From Eledone cirrhosa (Eukaryota), in contig OZ024741.1 of NCBI GenBank assembly GCA_964016885.1, positions 129,270,001 through 129,334,000 of the forward strand: a stretch of 64,000 nt of DNA, in the 5' to 3' direction. The translations under genes and the position numbers were made by a program. The notes under the pieces are model-generated. The model was given only the letters and a program-made list of their open reading frames with translations, was not told the origin of the DNA and made no database searches. Position 1 is the stretch's first letter, and each line of letters opens with the position of its first letter. Shown piece after piece: positions 53,729-64,000 of the stretch.

Positions 53729-54324
53729 AGAGAGAGAAAGAGGATAAGTTTTTTTGGAGGTGGTGGTAGGGCAAGGTGATGTTCTTTAATCAGTGTTCAA
53801 TCAGGTGTCTCTCTATTACCTCGGTTAGATCTTTGTACATCTAAAGTGCCCTACCATCTACCAGTATCTGGGAGCTTATATTCATTTAGTAATGACAATC
53901 ACGAGAATTAGTACCCCATACCACAGTAGAAACTTATATTTTCTTTATTATGGCCATGTTTAATTTTTGTTACTATGGATTTTCTCCTGTATATTCACTG
54001 GGTCATGAGTACACAGGAGAAACTCCAGAGTAACAAGACACATGCTTGGTCTTGTTAATGATTGTATATCAGTTTTACAGTTTGCTTAAAGCAGTGTGGA
54101 ATATGAAAAGTGTGTATATTTTGGAAGGTCTCTACAATAGAGACAGGGTTGTAATTATTAAGGTAACAAAATCTAATGAGCATAAGTAGTGATGAGAATG
54201 AGTACAAAGTGATGAGAATGAGTACAAAGAAAGGAAGAAGGAAAACAAGAAACCAGTGATTATGTTACCTTGGTAATATTTATTAATATATTGGGGTTAA
54301 TAGATATTACCAATATTATTATAG

Positions 54325-54530
54325 AAATGACTTCTACAGGTCTAGAACTGTTTCATTTGTAAGAAATCATCAGGAAAGTCACTTGCCTGATGATTTCTTA
54401 CAAGTGAAACAGCTGTAGTCCTGTAGAAGTTATTTCCATGATGAATTAAAGATGCCTATACTCTATCAACATATTGAGAACCCTTTTTAGTTGTGCTTAC
54501 CTCCCAATATACATCGGGAATCCACCTATA
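54325..54530 (+). mobile_element. Putative Penelope-like pLTR remnant with an inverted junction and hammerhead core
   Basis: CTGATGA-tttcttacaagt-GAAA-C-AGCT-GTA at 54387-54417, preceded by an inverted copy of itself and running into (TA)n. Related copy on the - strand at about 22370-22505. Confidence 0.5.
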
Positions 54531-54583
54531 TATATATATTAATAAATATACCCTCTTTGTATGTATGTATGTATGTATCTATG

Positions 54584-54633
<50 letters not shown>

Positions 54634-54651
54634 GTTCTGTCTTTTTCTTAG

Positions 54652-54831
54652 CTGCAAGAACAACTCCATCAGGCAGAAAAGAAATGCCATGACCAGGCTA
54701 TGGAGATCAGCCAAAGAGAGAAGAGCTACATGACACTAGTGAAGATGCACCAGGAGAAAGATGAACTAATCAGCATCGAGGAAGGCCGTACCTTGGTACT
54801 TCGGGCAGAGGTGGATGACTTGCAGAATGAG
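54652..54831 (+). CDS. AKAP9: AKAP9/pericentrin-like exon (LQEQLHQAEK...DDLQNE)
   Basis: ttcttag|CTG...GAG|gtaggg, 180 nt, phase 0-0. Confidence 0.88.
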
Positions 54832-55286
54832 GTAGGGTTCTTTCATCTGCATTTCTGTTATCATCATCATCATAATGATAACCATTCTCACCATCATCAC
54901 TGTTAACACCATCATCAACAACATCATTGTTGTCTCTATCACCATTAACATCAACAACATCATGATCACTATTTTCATCGTCATCATCACCATTTATATT
55001 TTGAGATAAAATCCCTTTATCAAAGTTTGTTTAAATAAACTAGTTCAGAGCTGTATATTTTTGTCACTCATAAACTGCCATTTAGAGCGACAAAAAATAT
55101 ACAGGACCAAACTAGTTTCTTCTATTAATCTTTTGAGGAAGGGATTTTATCCTGAAATATAAGGGCTATAAATAACTGCAAGAAAACACCCTGAATATCA
55201 TTGCCATCATATTTTTAACATTTACTGTCCAGTTCACATTGTGGTAGCTTTGAAACAAAACACTAAAACTTTCAGTGTTGCTGTCA

Positions 55287-55319
<33 letters not shown>

Positions 55320-55473
55320 CACTCTCTTTCTCTCTATTCCATATCTACTTTTACCATCCACTTTCCTCAGTGTTACATACACTTTATACCACAGATACAC
55401 CAGATTTAATTTAATAAAAGATTGTATGAAATATTATTAACAACACAAACACTTTCTCTATCTAATTTCACAG

Positions 55474-55680
55474 CTAATTTTGAGAGAAGAGGAACAGAGC
55501 AAACTCCAAGCAGAACTGGACGACTACAAAATACGAGTGGACAGTCTTTCCAAGCCTGTAGTGGACACAGTAGTGACAGCTAGCAGTTCTGTGGGGACCA
55601 GCAACAGCCCCAGACGGTCATCGCTGGAATGTAGAGAGGAGGTAGAGGAAGAGGATGGTGTTAAATTTACAGTATTACAT
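55474..55680 (+). CDS. AKAP9: AKAP9/pericentrin-like exon (LILREEEQSK...KFTVLH)
   Basis: ttcacag|CTA...CAT|gtaagt, 207 nt, phase 0-0. Confidence 0.88.
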
Positions 55681-56161
55681 GTAAGTAAACCATTGTTTTC
55701 TTGTGATTTAAACCATTGTGATTTAAACCATTGTTTTCTTGTGATTTAAAAAAAAAGTTTTTGAAATTGGAAATGTATGTGTGTCCGAAGACAAATGATT
55801 ATATAATAGTTGATCACTATAAATAATAGTTGAAGAAATCAGGTAAATTACTCCTGGTGACAGAAAAATATAGACGGGTCATCTGTGGGGCCCTATTAAC
55901 AAGTTGGACCTGTGACAAAAAATATACAGAACCACATTCCTCGTATGTGTAATAACACATACAAGGAATGTGGCTCTGTCTACTTTTTCTCATCTTCTGA
56001 GGTTCTTTGCCTGATTATCTCAACTATTATTTATTGTGATTAACTATTATTTTGGTCATTTGCATCAGGGGACACATTTCATATTTCAAATATTCTGAAT
56101 GCTTCTTAAGTCAGTCACTTCTTTATTTTTTTTTTTTTTTTTTTTTTTCTACTTTTTCCAG

Positions 56162-57130
56162 TTGCAGTCTGATTTGGAAACTTCTCAGCGTCTGGCTGAA
56201 GTGAAGTCTAAGGAAATTGCAAACCTTCAGGCAGAGCTGCTGGAACGGAACATACAACTTAATCAACTGCAAGCGACTGTCGATACAGAGAAGAAGAAAT
56301 GTGAACAGCTACAACAGAAGTGTGAGCAACTGCAAAGTGAGTTGCAGGAGGCTTGGGAAATGAAGTTGGTTCATGACAACCATATTGATGATCTGAAAAA
56401 GAAACTGTTCAAACTGGAGTCAGAGGAGCTGAAATCCAGCAACCTTCAGTCACTGGAGGATACACAGGTAATCCAGTCCAAGTTTACCGACCTCTGGCAG
56501 GAAATTCAAAAGAGAGAAAGCGATGTAGAACGTCTGGAGATGGAACTGGTCGAAGCAAATCAAAAAGTGCGCTCCCAGGAATCTGAGATGCAGCACTCAA
56601 ACCTGCAGACTGCACAGGATGGCGGCCAGCTTTCTGAGCAAATCAACATACTGCTTGGAAAGCTGGAAGCGTCACAGGAGGACAATGAGTCAAAGCAGAC
56701 AAAGATCATGAGTTATGAAAATGAGCTGCAAATAAAGGACAACATGCTGAAACAGTTGCAGCAGCAGCTTGAGAAATCAGCATCATCTTATCAAAGTTCA
56801 AAGCTTGAGTACCATACACTGCTTGGTGAGGAACAGATTGAAGCCACAAAGGCGGAAGGTCGAATTGTAGTACTTCGCAGTGAAGTGGAAGACCTTCAGA
56901 AACAGCTGGTCAGCAAGGAGAGTGAGCTACAGACAGTACGTGACCACTTGATGGACACACAGGGTCAACTTGTTAATAGGGCCCAACAGATGACCCGTCT
57001 ATGTCAACATCCTAACACTTTTCATGAGGACCTGACTGATAGTGCAAGTGATCATAAATCTGTGCCTCAAGAAAAACCACCACCTGTGACAACAAACAAA
57101 ACCAGTGAAGTGGCTGATATGAAACCTCAG
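56162..57130 (+). CDS. AKAP9: AKAP9/pericentrin-like large exon (LQSDLETSQR...ADMKPQ)
   Basis: Long poly-T tract, ttccag|TTG...CAG|gtaata, 969 nt, phase 0-0, E/Q/K/L heptads. Confidence 0.92.
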
Positions 57131-57424
57131 GTAATAGCTTCATTTAGCTATATTTTCTGTTATATTGTTGGAATGGCTGTATCCTTGAGTACTGGTTGTA
57201 TTATTGATTATGGACTGTATCATTGAGTGAAGGCTATATCATTGAGTGGAGCTTGTGTCATTGAGGTTGACTATACTATTTAGTGAAGGTTGTGTCATGA
57301 GTGTGCACTATCATTGAGTGCTGGCTGTGCCATTAACAGTGTAGCATCTTTATCAGTGTCTATCCATCATCTGTCAGTCATTAAAAGTTCTTTCTTTTTT
57401 TCTTTTTCATCTGAATTCTTGTAG

Positions 57425-57767
57425 ATACCAGAATCTCTTGTTCAACGTCTCGAGTGTGAACTTGAGAAAACAAGGTCTTTTCTCCAGTTGCGCATTGGGC
57501 AGTTGGAGGCAATGAACCAGGCCACAAACTATGTATCAGAGGAAAACGGTGCCATATCGCAGGAGAGAGTCATCAGTCACATTAAACAAGTGTACAATGA
57601 GCTGATATCGATGCGTTCTACTTTGGAAGAGCTGTGTCGAGATAGAACAAACCAGCAGACAGCAGTGCCAAATGAAACATTTGACAACCAACACACACGG
57701 GTTAAATCTGGGGAGATGTTACAAGTACTTTATAACTCTCCTCTGATGAATCAAACAGATGCAAAAT
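57425..57767 (+). CDS. AKAP9: AKAP9/pericentrin-like exon (IPESLVQRLE...QTDAK)
   Basis: ttgtag|ATA...AAA T|gtgagt, 343 nt, phase 0-1, compatible with the next exon. Confidence 0.87.
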
Positions 57768-58348
57768 GTGAGTCTTCTTCTTTGCCCACTTATTCCTGGA
57801 AGGGTCATGGTGGCTGAGTCTTCAAACACACCTGCCAACGGCTCCTGTCAGAAGTAACCCTCTTCAATTCACCCAGATGGATCACCAAGCGAGATCAACT
57901 GAGCTCATGGTTGTTATTGAACCATTATGCTCTATATTTGACATGGTTTCTACAGTTGGAAGCCCTCCCTACAGTCGAATACCTTGCAAAGTGTACTAGG
58001 TGCATTTTATCATGACACCAGCACTATCAATTTACAGAGTGGACTGAGTGCATTCTATCTTGGCACTATCACTTTACAGAATAGACTGGGTGCATTTTAT
58101 CATGGGACCAAAACTACCACTTTACAGAATGGACTGGTTTGCATTTTATCATGGTACCAGCCCTATCAATTTACAGGAGTGGACAGGGTGTATTTTATCT
58201 TGACATCAGCAATACAGAGGTTGTCACATATTATCAATATGATATATAATGTAGATATGTATTTATTCATACAGTCCCATGTATACAACATACTTCCTTT
58301 ATTTATTTCTATGTTGCCATATATATGAATATACTAGTTATCTCTCTC

Positions 58349-58395
<47 letters not shown>

Positions 58396-58741
58396 TCGTT
58401 TAACATCTATTTTCCATGCTAGCATAGGTTAGATAGGTTGTCCCATTTGAGGCAAGTCAGGTCAGGTGACTGTGTCTTGCTCATATAGAACTGTTTCTGG
58501 CTTGGCATCTATGGCTAGATCTCTCTCCTAATGCCAACCCAATTACAGTGTCGACTGGGTGCTTTTTATTATGGCGCCGTAATGAGCACTTTACTGTGTG
58601 GGCTGTGGCTGGGGTGGTGTGATGGTGTAGGTGAAGGGTGGAGTGTTAAGGCATGGGAGGTGTATGGAAGGCACACACCTATGCATACATACACACAAAC
58701 CTGTAGCTGATATATAAATGCTTTGTTTTCCATTGTTTTAG

Positions 58742-58914
58742 CATCTGCATTTAGTCCCACCAATGTGGCTTGGGGTACTACTATAGAATCTCCTGAATAT
58801 CGCCCAGTCATGCGGAACGAACAAGTTCAGAAACCAGAAACAACATCAAAGTCCCCAAACATTGAGGCAAGCTTCTATGGAGCCAATGATGCACAGATTC
58901 AAGAACACCTAAAG
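58742..58914 (+). CDS. AKAP9: AKAP9/pericentrin-like exon (SAFSPTNVAW...IQEHLK)
   Basis: ttttag|CA TCT...AAG|gtaaat, 173 nt, phase 1-0. Confidence 0.87.
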
Positions 58915-59847
58915 GTAAATAGAAAATTCTTTTTGTCTTGTTATATAATTAGTTGTGATTGGAAGCGCATCTAGCCATAGAAAGCCTGCCAAACAAAGGG
59001 TTGGGAGGACCCTTTAGTTGTGTCAAAGACATGACAACCTTCACTATACACTCAATAGAATGTAAGACTATACGTAAGTGAGATGCAGACCTCCTCCTCT
59101 TGGCCTTTCTGGAACGTAAGTGGCCCTGCTTCAGTTCTGACTTGGTCTATGTATACCCATCCAACACTTGCCAGCAGGGAAAGTGGATGTTAAACGAAGA
59201 TGATAGTTCAGAGCCAATGATGCTGAGATTCAAGAACACTTAAAGGTAGAGAGAAAATTCTTGTTATATAATTAGTTGCGTTGACATCCATCTCATTATC
59301 ATCATCATCATTTAACATTTGTTTTCCCTGCTAGCAAGGGTTGGATGAGTCAACACAGACTGAGCCAGTATTAGTCGGAGCCACAGATCCAGTAAGGATA
59401 AAAGGCAAAGCTAACCTCGGCGTGATTTGAACTCAGAACATAAAGGGTCGTAACTCTATGCCGAAAAGCATGGTGTCTGACAATCTTATTATTATTATTT
59501 CTTTATTACCACTAGGGTAAAAACGTAAAGGACAAAACAAAAATGTACCTTCATTTAACCTTCACCACGCTGTGGGTGACAAAATAAACCATATGAGTAA
59601 TCTCCCCTAAATAGATAAAGCAGTGTAAAGGGAAAGAACTCATAAAAATTACCAGTGTGCTAAAGATTAGATAAACCCCAGTGCATTACTGATATTTTAT
59701 TTTATCAACCCCATAAGGATGAAAGGAAAAGCTAACGTCAACGGGATTTCAACTCATTATGATAATGATACATGGACTAAGAAATCATAAAGACATTGCC
59801 TTTTATAGTCTATTTCTGTCTTCTTTTGTTTCTCTTGTCATCGAAAG

Positions 59848-60066
59848 GTGTTACTAAGCCGTATTCAGAAGGAAGGCATTCAAACACTGACACTTTCTGA
59901 ACTCCAATTCATTCGGTACCATACTACACCTAAACCCAGTGCAAGAAACATTGACATTGATGCTCTGCGCACAGCATGGGAGAAAGAACGGCAAACTCTG
60001 CTGTCTGCTATTCAGGCACTCAAAGAACTTTTGGCCCAAGAACAACAGCTAGCAACTCCAGATTGG
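59848..60066 (+). CDS. AKAP9: AKAP9/pericentrin-like exon (VLLSRIQKEGIQTLTLSE...ATPDW)
   Basis: gaaag|GTG...TGG|gtaagt, 219 nt. Contains recalled family motifs EGxQxLxLSE and WxxERxxLLxxIxxLKxL. Confidence 0.92.
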
Positions 60067-60083
60067 GTAAGTTTTTATGTCAT

Positions 60084-60285
60084 TTAACCCTTTAGCATTC
60101 AAACCGGCCATATCTGGTCAGAATCCATTTACCTCTTTCTGTTCAAACCGGTCGTAACTGGTTGCTCATACTGATGTTAAGATATCGTTTTCAAATTAAA
60201 TAATATAAAAATCTCATAGATAATTATGTAAGGTAAAGCCTTTACTGTGAAAATTCAATAGTTAATGTAAATACTAATGGGTTAA
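60084..60285. mobile_element. piggyBac-type MITE, family A, 17 nt downstream of an exon end
   Basis: TTAA-CCCTTTAGCATT...AATACTAATGGG-TTAA, colinear with 19861-20073. Confidence 0.8.
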
Positions 60286-60472
60286 TCCCAGAACATAGCT
60301 TTGATCAAAGGTTTTACAGCCATGGGGTCACCCCGTCTATCTTTCTGACATCTGTTTGTAGGACTACATTTATCATAGGTGTCCTTTATTATTGCACCTA
60401 TATCTGAGACAGGTGTAATGATGAAATATTTACTTAAAGATCTCCATCTCATGTTATTTTGTTTACTTTCAG

Positions 60473-60646
60473 GAATTGGGTTCTGCCAATATTGATTGGC
60501 GTCGTGAAATGCTGCACACTCTAAGCCATGTGTTCATGCGAGAGCGAGATGTGTTACTCTCAGAGCTGAGAAGTTATGTCCTTATCAATAGTGATGGAAC
60601 TGATTTGTCTGCAGTACAGAGACTGGAACAGAAGATCATTGAACAG
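60473..60646 (+). CDS. AKAP9: AKAP9/pericentrin-like exon (ELGSANIDWRREMLHTLSHVFMRER...KIIEQ)
   Basis: tttcag|GAA...CAG|gtaact, 174 nt. DWRxExLxxxxxVFxxER resembles AKAP9/PCNT DWRGELL...VF. Confidence 0.92.
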
Positions 60647-61275
60647 GTAACTAATCAATCAATCAATCAATCAATCAATTATTGATTTTTAAAACAAACA
60701 GGAAGGACTGGACCTCTATTGGTTTTGACAATGCATGTTCTAGTTCAATGGAGCAATCTGCTCATAAAATTGACGTGTCAGTGGCTGAGCATTCCACAGA
60801 CACGTGTATCTTTAACATAATTCTTAGGGAAGACTCTAGTCTAGATTGTTAACCCGAAAGCAAAGAAGGTTTGAAGAGGGAGAGAGAGAGTGAATGAGAG
60901 TGATTGAGAATGAGCTCCTATGTATAACAGTCCACTCTCATGTCCAATCTGTGATTTACCCTGCAAATTTTTAACTCGATTAAAGTCTCATAAAAGACAT
61001 AAATATCAACACTAGAAAAAAAAACCTAGCTATGAGTAGGCAATCCATTATTATTATTATTGTTGTGGATTGGCAGTATCAGTAGAACATCTAACATGGT
61101 TTGTGTCATAGAGTTACGACCCCTTATGTTCTGAGTTCAAATCCCGCCGTGGTTAGCTTTGCCTTTTATCCTTATAGTGTTGATAAAATAAAGTACCAGT
61201 AACACACTTGGGTAGATTTAATTGACTTTCCCCTCCTCCAAAATGTGCCTAAATCAGAAACCATTATTATTGTTA

Positions 61276-61869
61276 CTAGCAGAAAAACCACTCTTCGGGT
61301 TGTGCATATTGATATTATACGCAGGTATATATACATGTAGATATGATACATCAAATAAAATTGTAATTGACAATATATAATACATAGAAATTGAACAAAG
61401 ACTGCGTTACATTGTCTTATGTAATCAGTAACGTAATCCATGATACATTAAAAAAGACGATATTATATATAAACTGCATTAGGAGAAAATTAGTGACAGA
61501 AAATTAGTATATTTATTACGCGATGGCCAACCAGAAGTGTTGACATTTGAAAATTTTAAAGAAGTGAATCTTTAAATAAACAAAATATATTTAATCAACT
61601 GCCACAAAATTTAGTAGAGAAATTATGTAATATTCATTCATTATTACGTCCCTTTACGGTCTGAGTTCAAATCCCGCCGAGGTTAACTTTGCCTTTCATC
61701 CTTACGAGGTCGATAAAATAAAGTACCAGTAATGTACTGGGTAATTGCTGGCCTTGTGCCAAAAGTAGAAACAATTATTTATTCAAAGTAATCCAACTTA
61801 TTTTACTAATGGGATAAGAAATTATAAACCATACTCAGTCCTGCGCTCCTAACTTTATTATAGTTTAGA
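61276..61869 (-). mobile_element. Non-autonomous Helitron, second copy, interrupted by a SINE at about 61644-61779
   Basis: Colinear with 5363-5924; A|TC start and CTAG|T end on the minus strand. Confidence 0.7.
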
Positions 61870-62473
61870 TTATTGATGATTGGCAGTATTGGATAACTTT
61901 ACAGCATATAGTTAGGGGCCTTTGTGTATTGTGTTGAAATCCCACCGAGGTTCACTTTGCCTTTCATTCTTACAGCTTTGATAAAGTAAAGTACCAGTAA
62001 TGCTCTAGTTTTGATTTAATCGACTTTCCCCTCCATCAAAATTGTTGGCTTTGTGTCAAAAGTAGAAACAATTATTACACACACACATTCATAACATAGC
62101 ATAAACACATCATCATCAGCAGCGGCACCACTAAAACTGTCAATATTACTATATAGTTTTTCTGCCCCAGGACCTTTCCTCTTCCCTTCAAAATTGCTGA
62201 CCTTGTGCCAAAAGTAGAAACAATTATTACACACACATACACACACACACCACACACACACATACACACACACCACACACCACACACACCACACACACAT
62301 ACACACACACATACACACACACATACACACACACACCACACACACATACACACATACACACACCACACACACATACACGCACACACAAACATGCACATCC
62401 ACGACATAACATGAACACATAATATAATGAAACTGCATGTACCTATACCTACCATATTATTTCTCTTGTCCAG

Positions 62474-62669
62474 GAGTGCCAGCAGAAAGCTTCACTGGAA
62501 CAAGTGATATGTGCTGACCGTCAGTCTTTAGTGTCTGAAGTGAGAGACATGAAAGCTAAACTAGCCATCATGCAACTGCAACACCATGAGGACAAGGAGC
62601 AACTGACCGATAAACTACATGAACTGGAGAAGCTGAGATGTAAACGGGAAGAGCAGTTACAGAGACACA
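62474..62669 (+). CDS. AKAP9: AKAP9/pericentrin-like exon (ECQQKASLEQVICADRQSLVSEVRDMKAKL...QLQRH)
   Basis: gtccag|GAG...CAC A|gtgagt, 196 nt, phase 0-1. ADRxSLxSExxxxxAxL motif. Missed by the ORF track. Confidence 0.92.
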
Positions 62670-63166
62670 GTGAGTTTATATAAAGTGATGGTGGTGGTGG
62701 TGGTGTTAGTGGTAACTGGTAGTTGTAGTCTATCTCTCTGCCTATCTATTTATCTATTTTTCCTCCCTCACTACTGTGTATGTGTGTCTGTGAGTACATT
62801 TACTTACCTCTTTACCCACTTACCTTACTGTCTCCTTTGCACTTTTGTTTCTCTGTCTTTCCCACTTCCTCTCTCCTACACTCACACTCTCATTCTCTTC
62901 CTTCTCTCTTTCACTCACTCCTTTTCCTCTCACGCTCTCTTCCTCTGTCTATCACACTCTCTTTATCTCTCACTCCTTTTTTGGTTCTCATACTGTCTCA
63001 AGTCTCTCACATTCACTCACTTCTCTACCAATCACTCTCAGTCTCTCTCTCTCTCTCACACCGTTTCTTCCTCTCTCTTGCACACAGTCTCTACCTCCCT
63101 CTCCCCTCTCTCTCTCTTTCTCCCTCTCTCTCTCTTTCTCACTCCTCCCCTCTCGTCTCATTTCAG

Positions 63167-63389
63167 TCAAATTGCTGGAATACCGTCTGGAGCAGTCTCG
63201 TGTCATCCAGGATGACTTGCACTCGTCCATCGAGATGGAGAGGAAGCGTACATCAGAGCTGGCCAGTGAGCTGACCAAGTCAAAGGCCCGCACGATGGAC
63301 CTGAATGGTGAAGTAACCAACCTACAGGTGAACCTGGCCAAAGTGAAGGATGCCTTTGAACAGGAACACAGTCGCTACCTATCTCTCAT
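63167..63389 (+). CDS. AKAP9: AKAP9/pericentrin-like exon (KLLEYRLEQSRVIQDDL...RYLSL); gene continues beyond the window
   Basis: tttcag|TC AAA...CTC AT|gtaagt, phase 1-2. LLEYxLxQ...DDL motif. Confidence 0.9.
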
Positions 63390-63503
63390 GTAAGTATCCT
63401 ACCACTGTTCAGCAGCTTCAATATTTCATCTTATTACTCTTCACCTTTCACACATTTCACCCTTAATCTATTCTACTGAAGCTACAACTACTAATGCTAA
63501 TAT

Positions 63504-63535
<32 letters not shown>

Positions 63536-64000
63536 GGTGTTGATGTTGTTGTTGGTTGGCATTTTAACTCTGAACATCCTGTATTGATTTAGGCAGAAGA
63601 TATCTAAAAATGGGTTTACTAATAGACAGATCATTGTGAAAAATTGCAGTATTAGAATAATGAGTTTAATGTGCTATTTCGTATTTTTCAAGAATGTCTT
63701 ACTTAGGTGGTTTCATGTGGTACAGGATGTTAGGAGTTAAATTACTTGCTGCTTATGTGTTGGGTGAGCACATGTCCTCTTCTCTTTCTACATGTCTCTT
63801 GGTGTTCAAGTGGCTAGCAAGAGGATAAAATTTGTCCTGGTTAAGATGCTAATCCCCTTTATAGGTGACTTTCCCAGATGAATTAAACTGGATAGATACA
63901 TTAACATTTGGCATCATAAAGTTAGGGCATCTCTATGTCTTGTGAGATAGATATGTGACAACAAAAGAATTGCCTCTCTTCGGAAAGACTAGATTGTATG

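Overview
AT-rich, microsatellite- and retroposon-dense eukaryotic DNA. The repeat landscape suggests an octopus or other coleoid cephalopod (inference). The window lies inside one large + strand gene: I chained 22 GT-AG exons (17780-63389, about 5.2 kb CDS, about 1735 codons, all splice phases compatible), plus a candidate 45-nt upstream exon at 12409-12453. They encode the central coiled-coil part of an AKAP9/pericentrin-family centrosomal scaffold; start, stop and PACT domain lie outside the window. Introns hold tRNA-derived SINEs, RTE-clade LINE remnants, an Hsmar2-like mariner remnant, piggyBac- and Tc1/mariner-type MITEs, non-autonomous Helitrons and minisatellites. Most ORF-track entries are microsatellite artefacts. 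Most notable observations: (i) minimal type I hammerhead-ribozyme motifs of the Penelope-like-element kind, with stem covariation between copies and a recurrent U-U at the base of stem II; (ii) many perfect and diverged fold-back palindromes; (iii) a retroposon insertion whose ~70-bp flanking duplication copied an exon end and its splice donor. All family assignments come from recalled motifs, not database searches.
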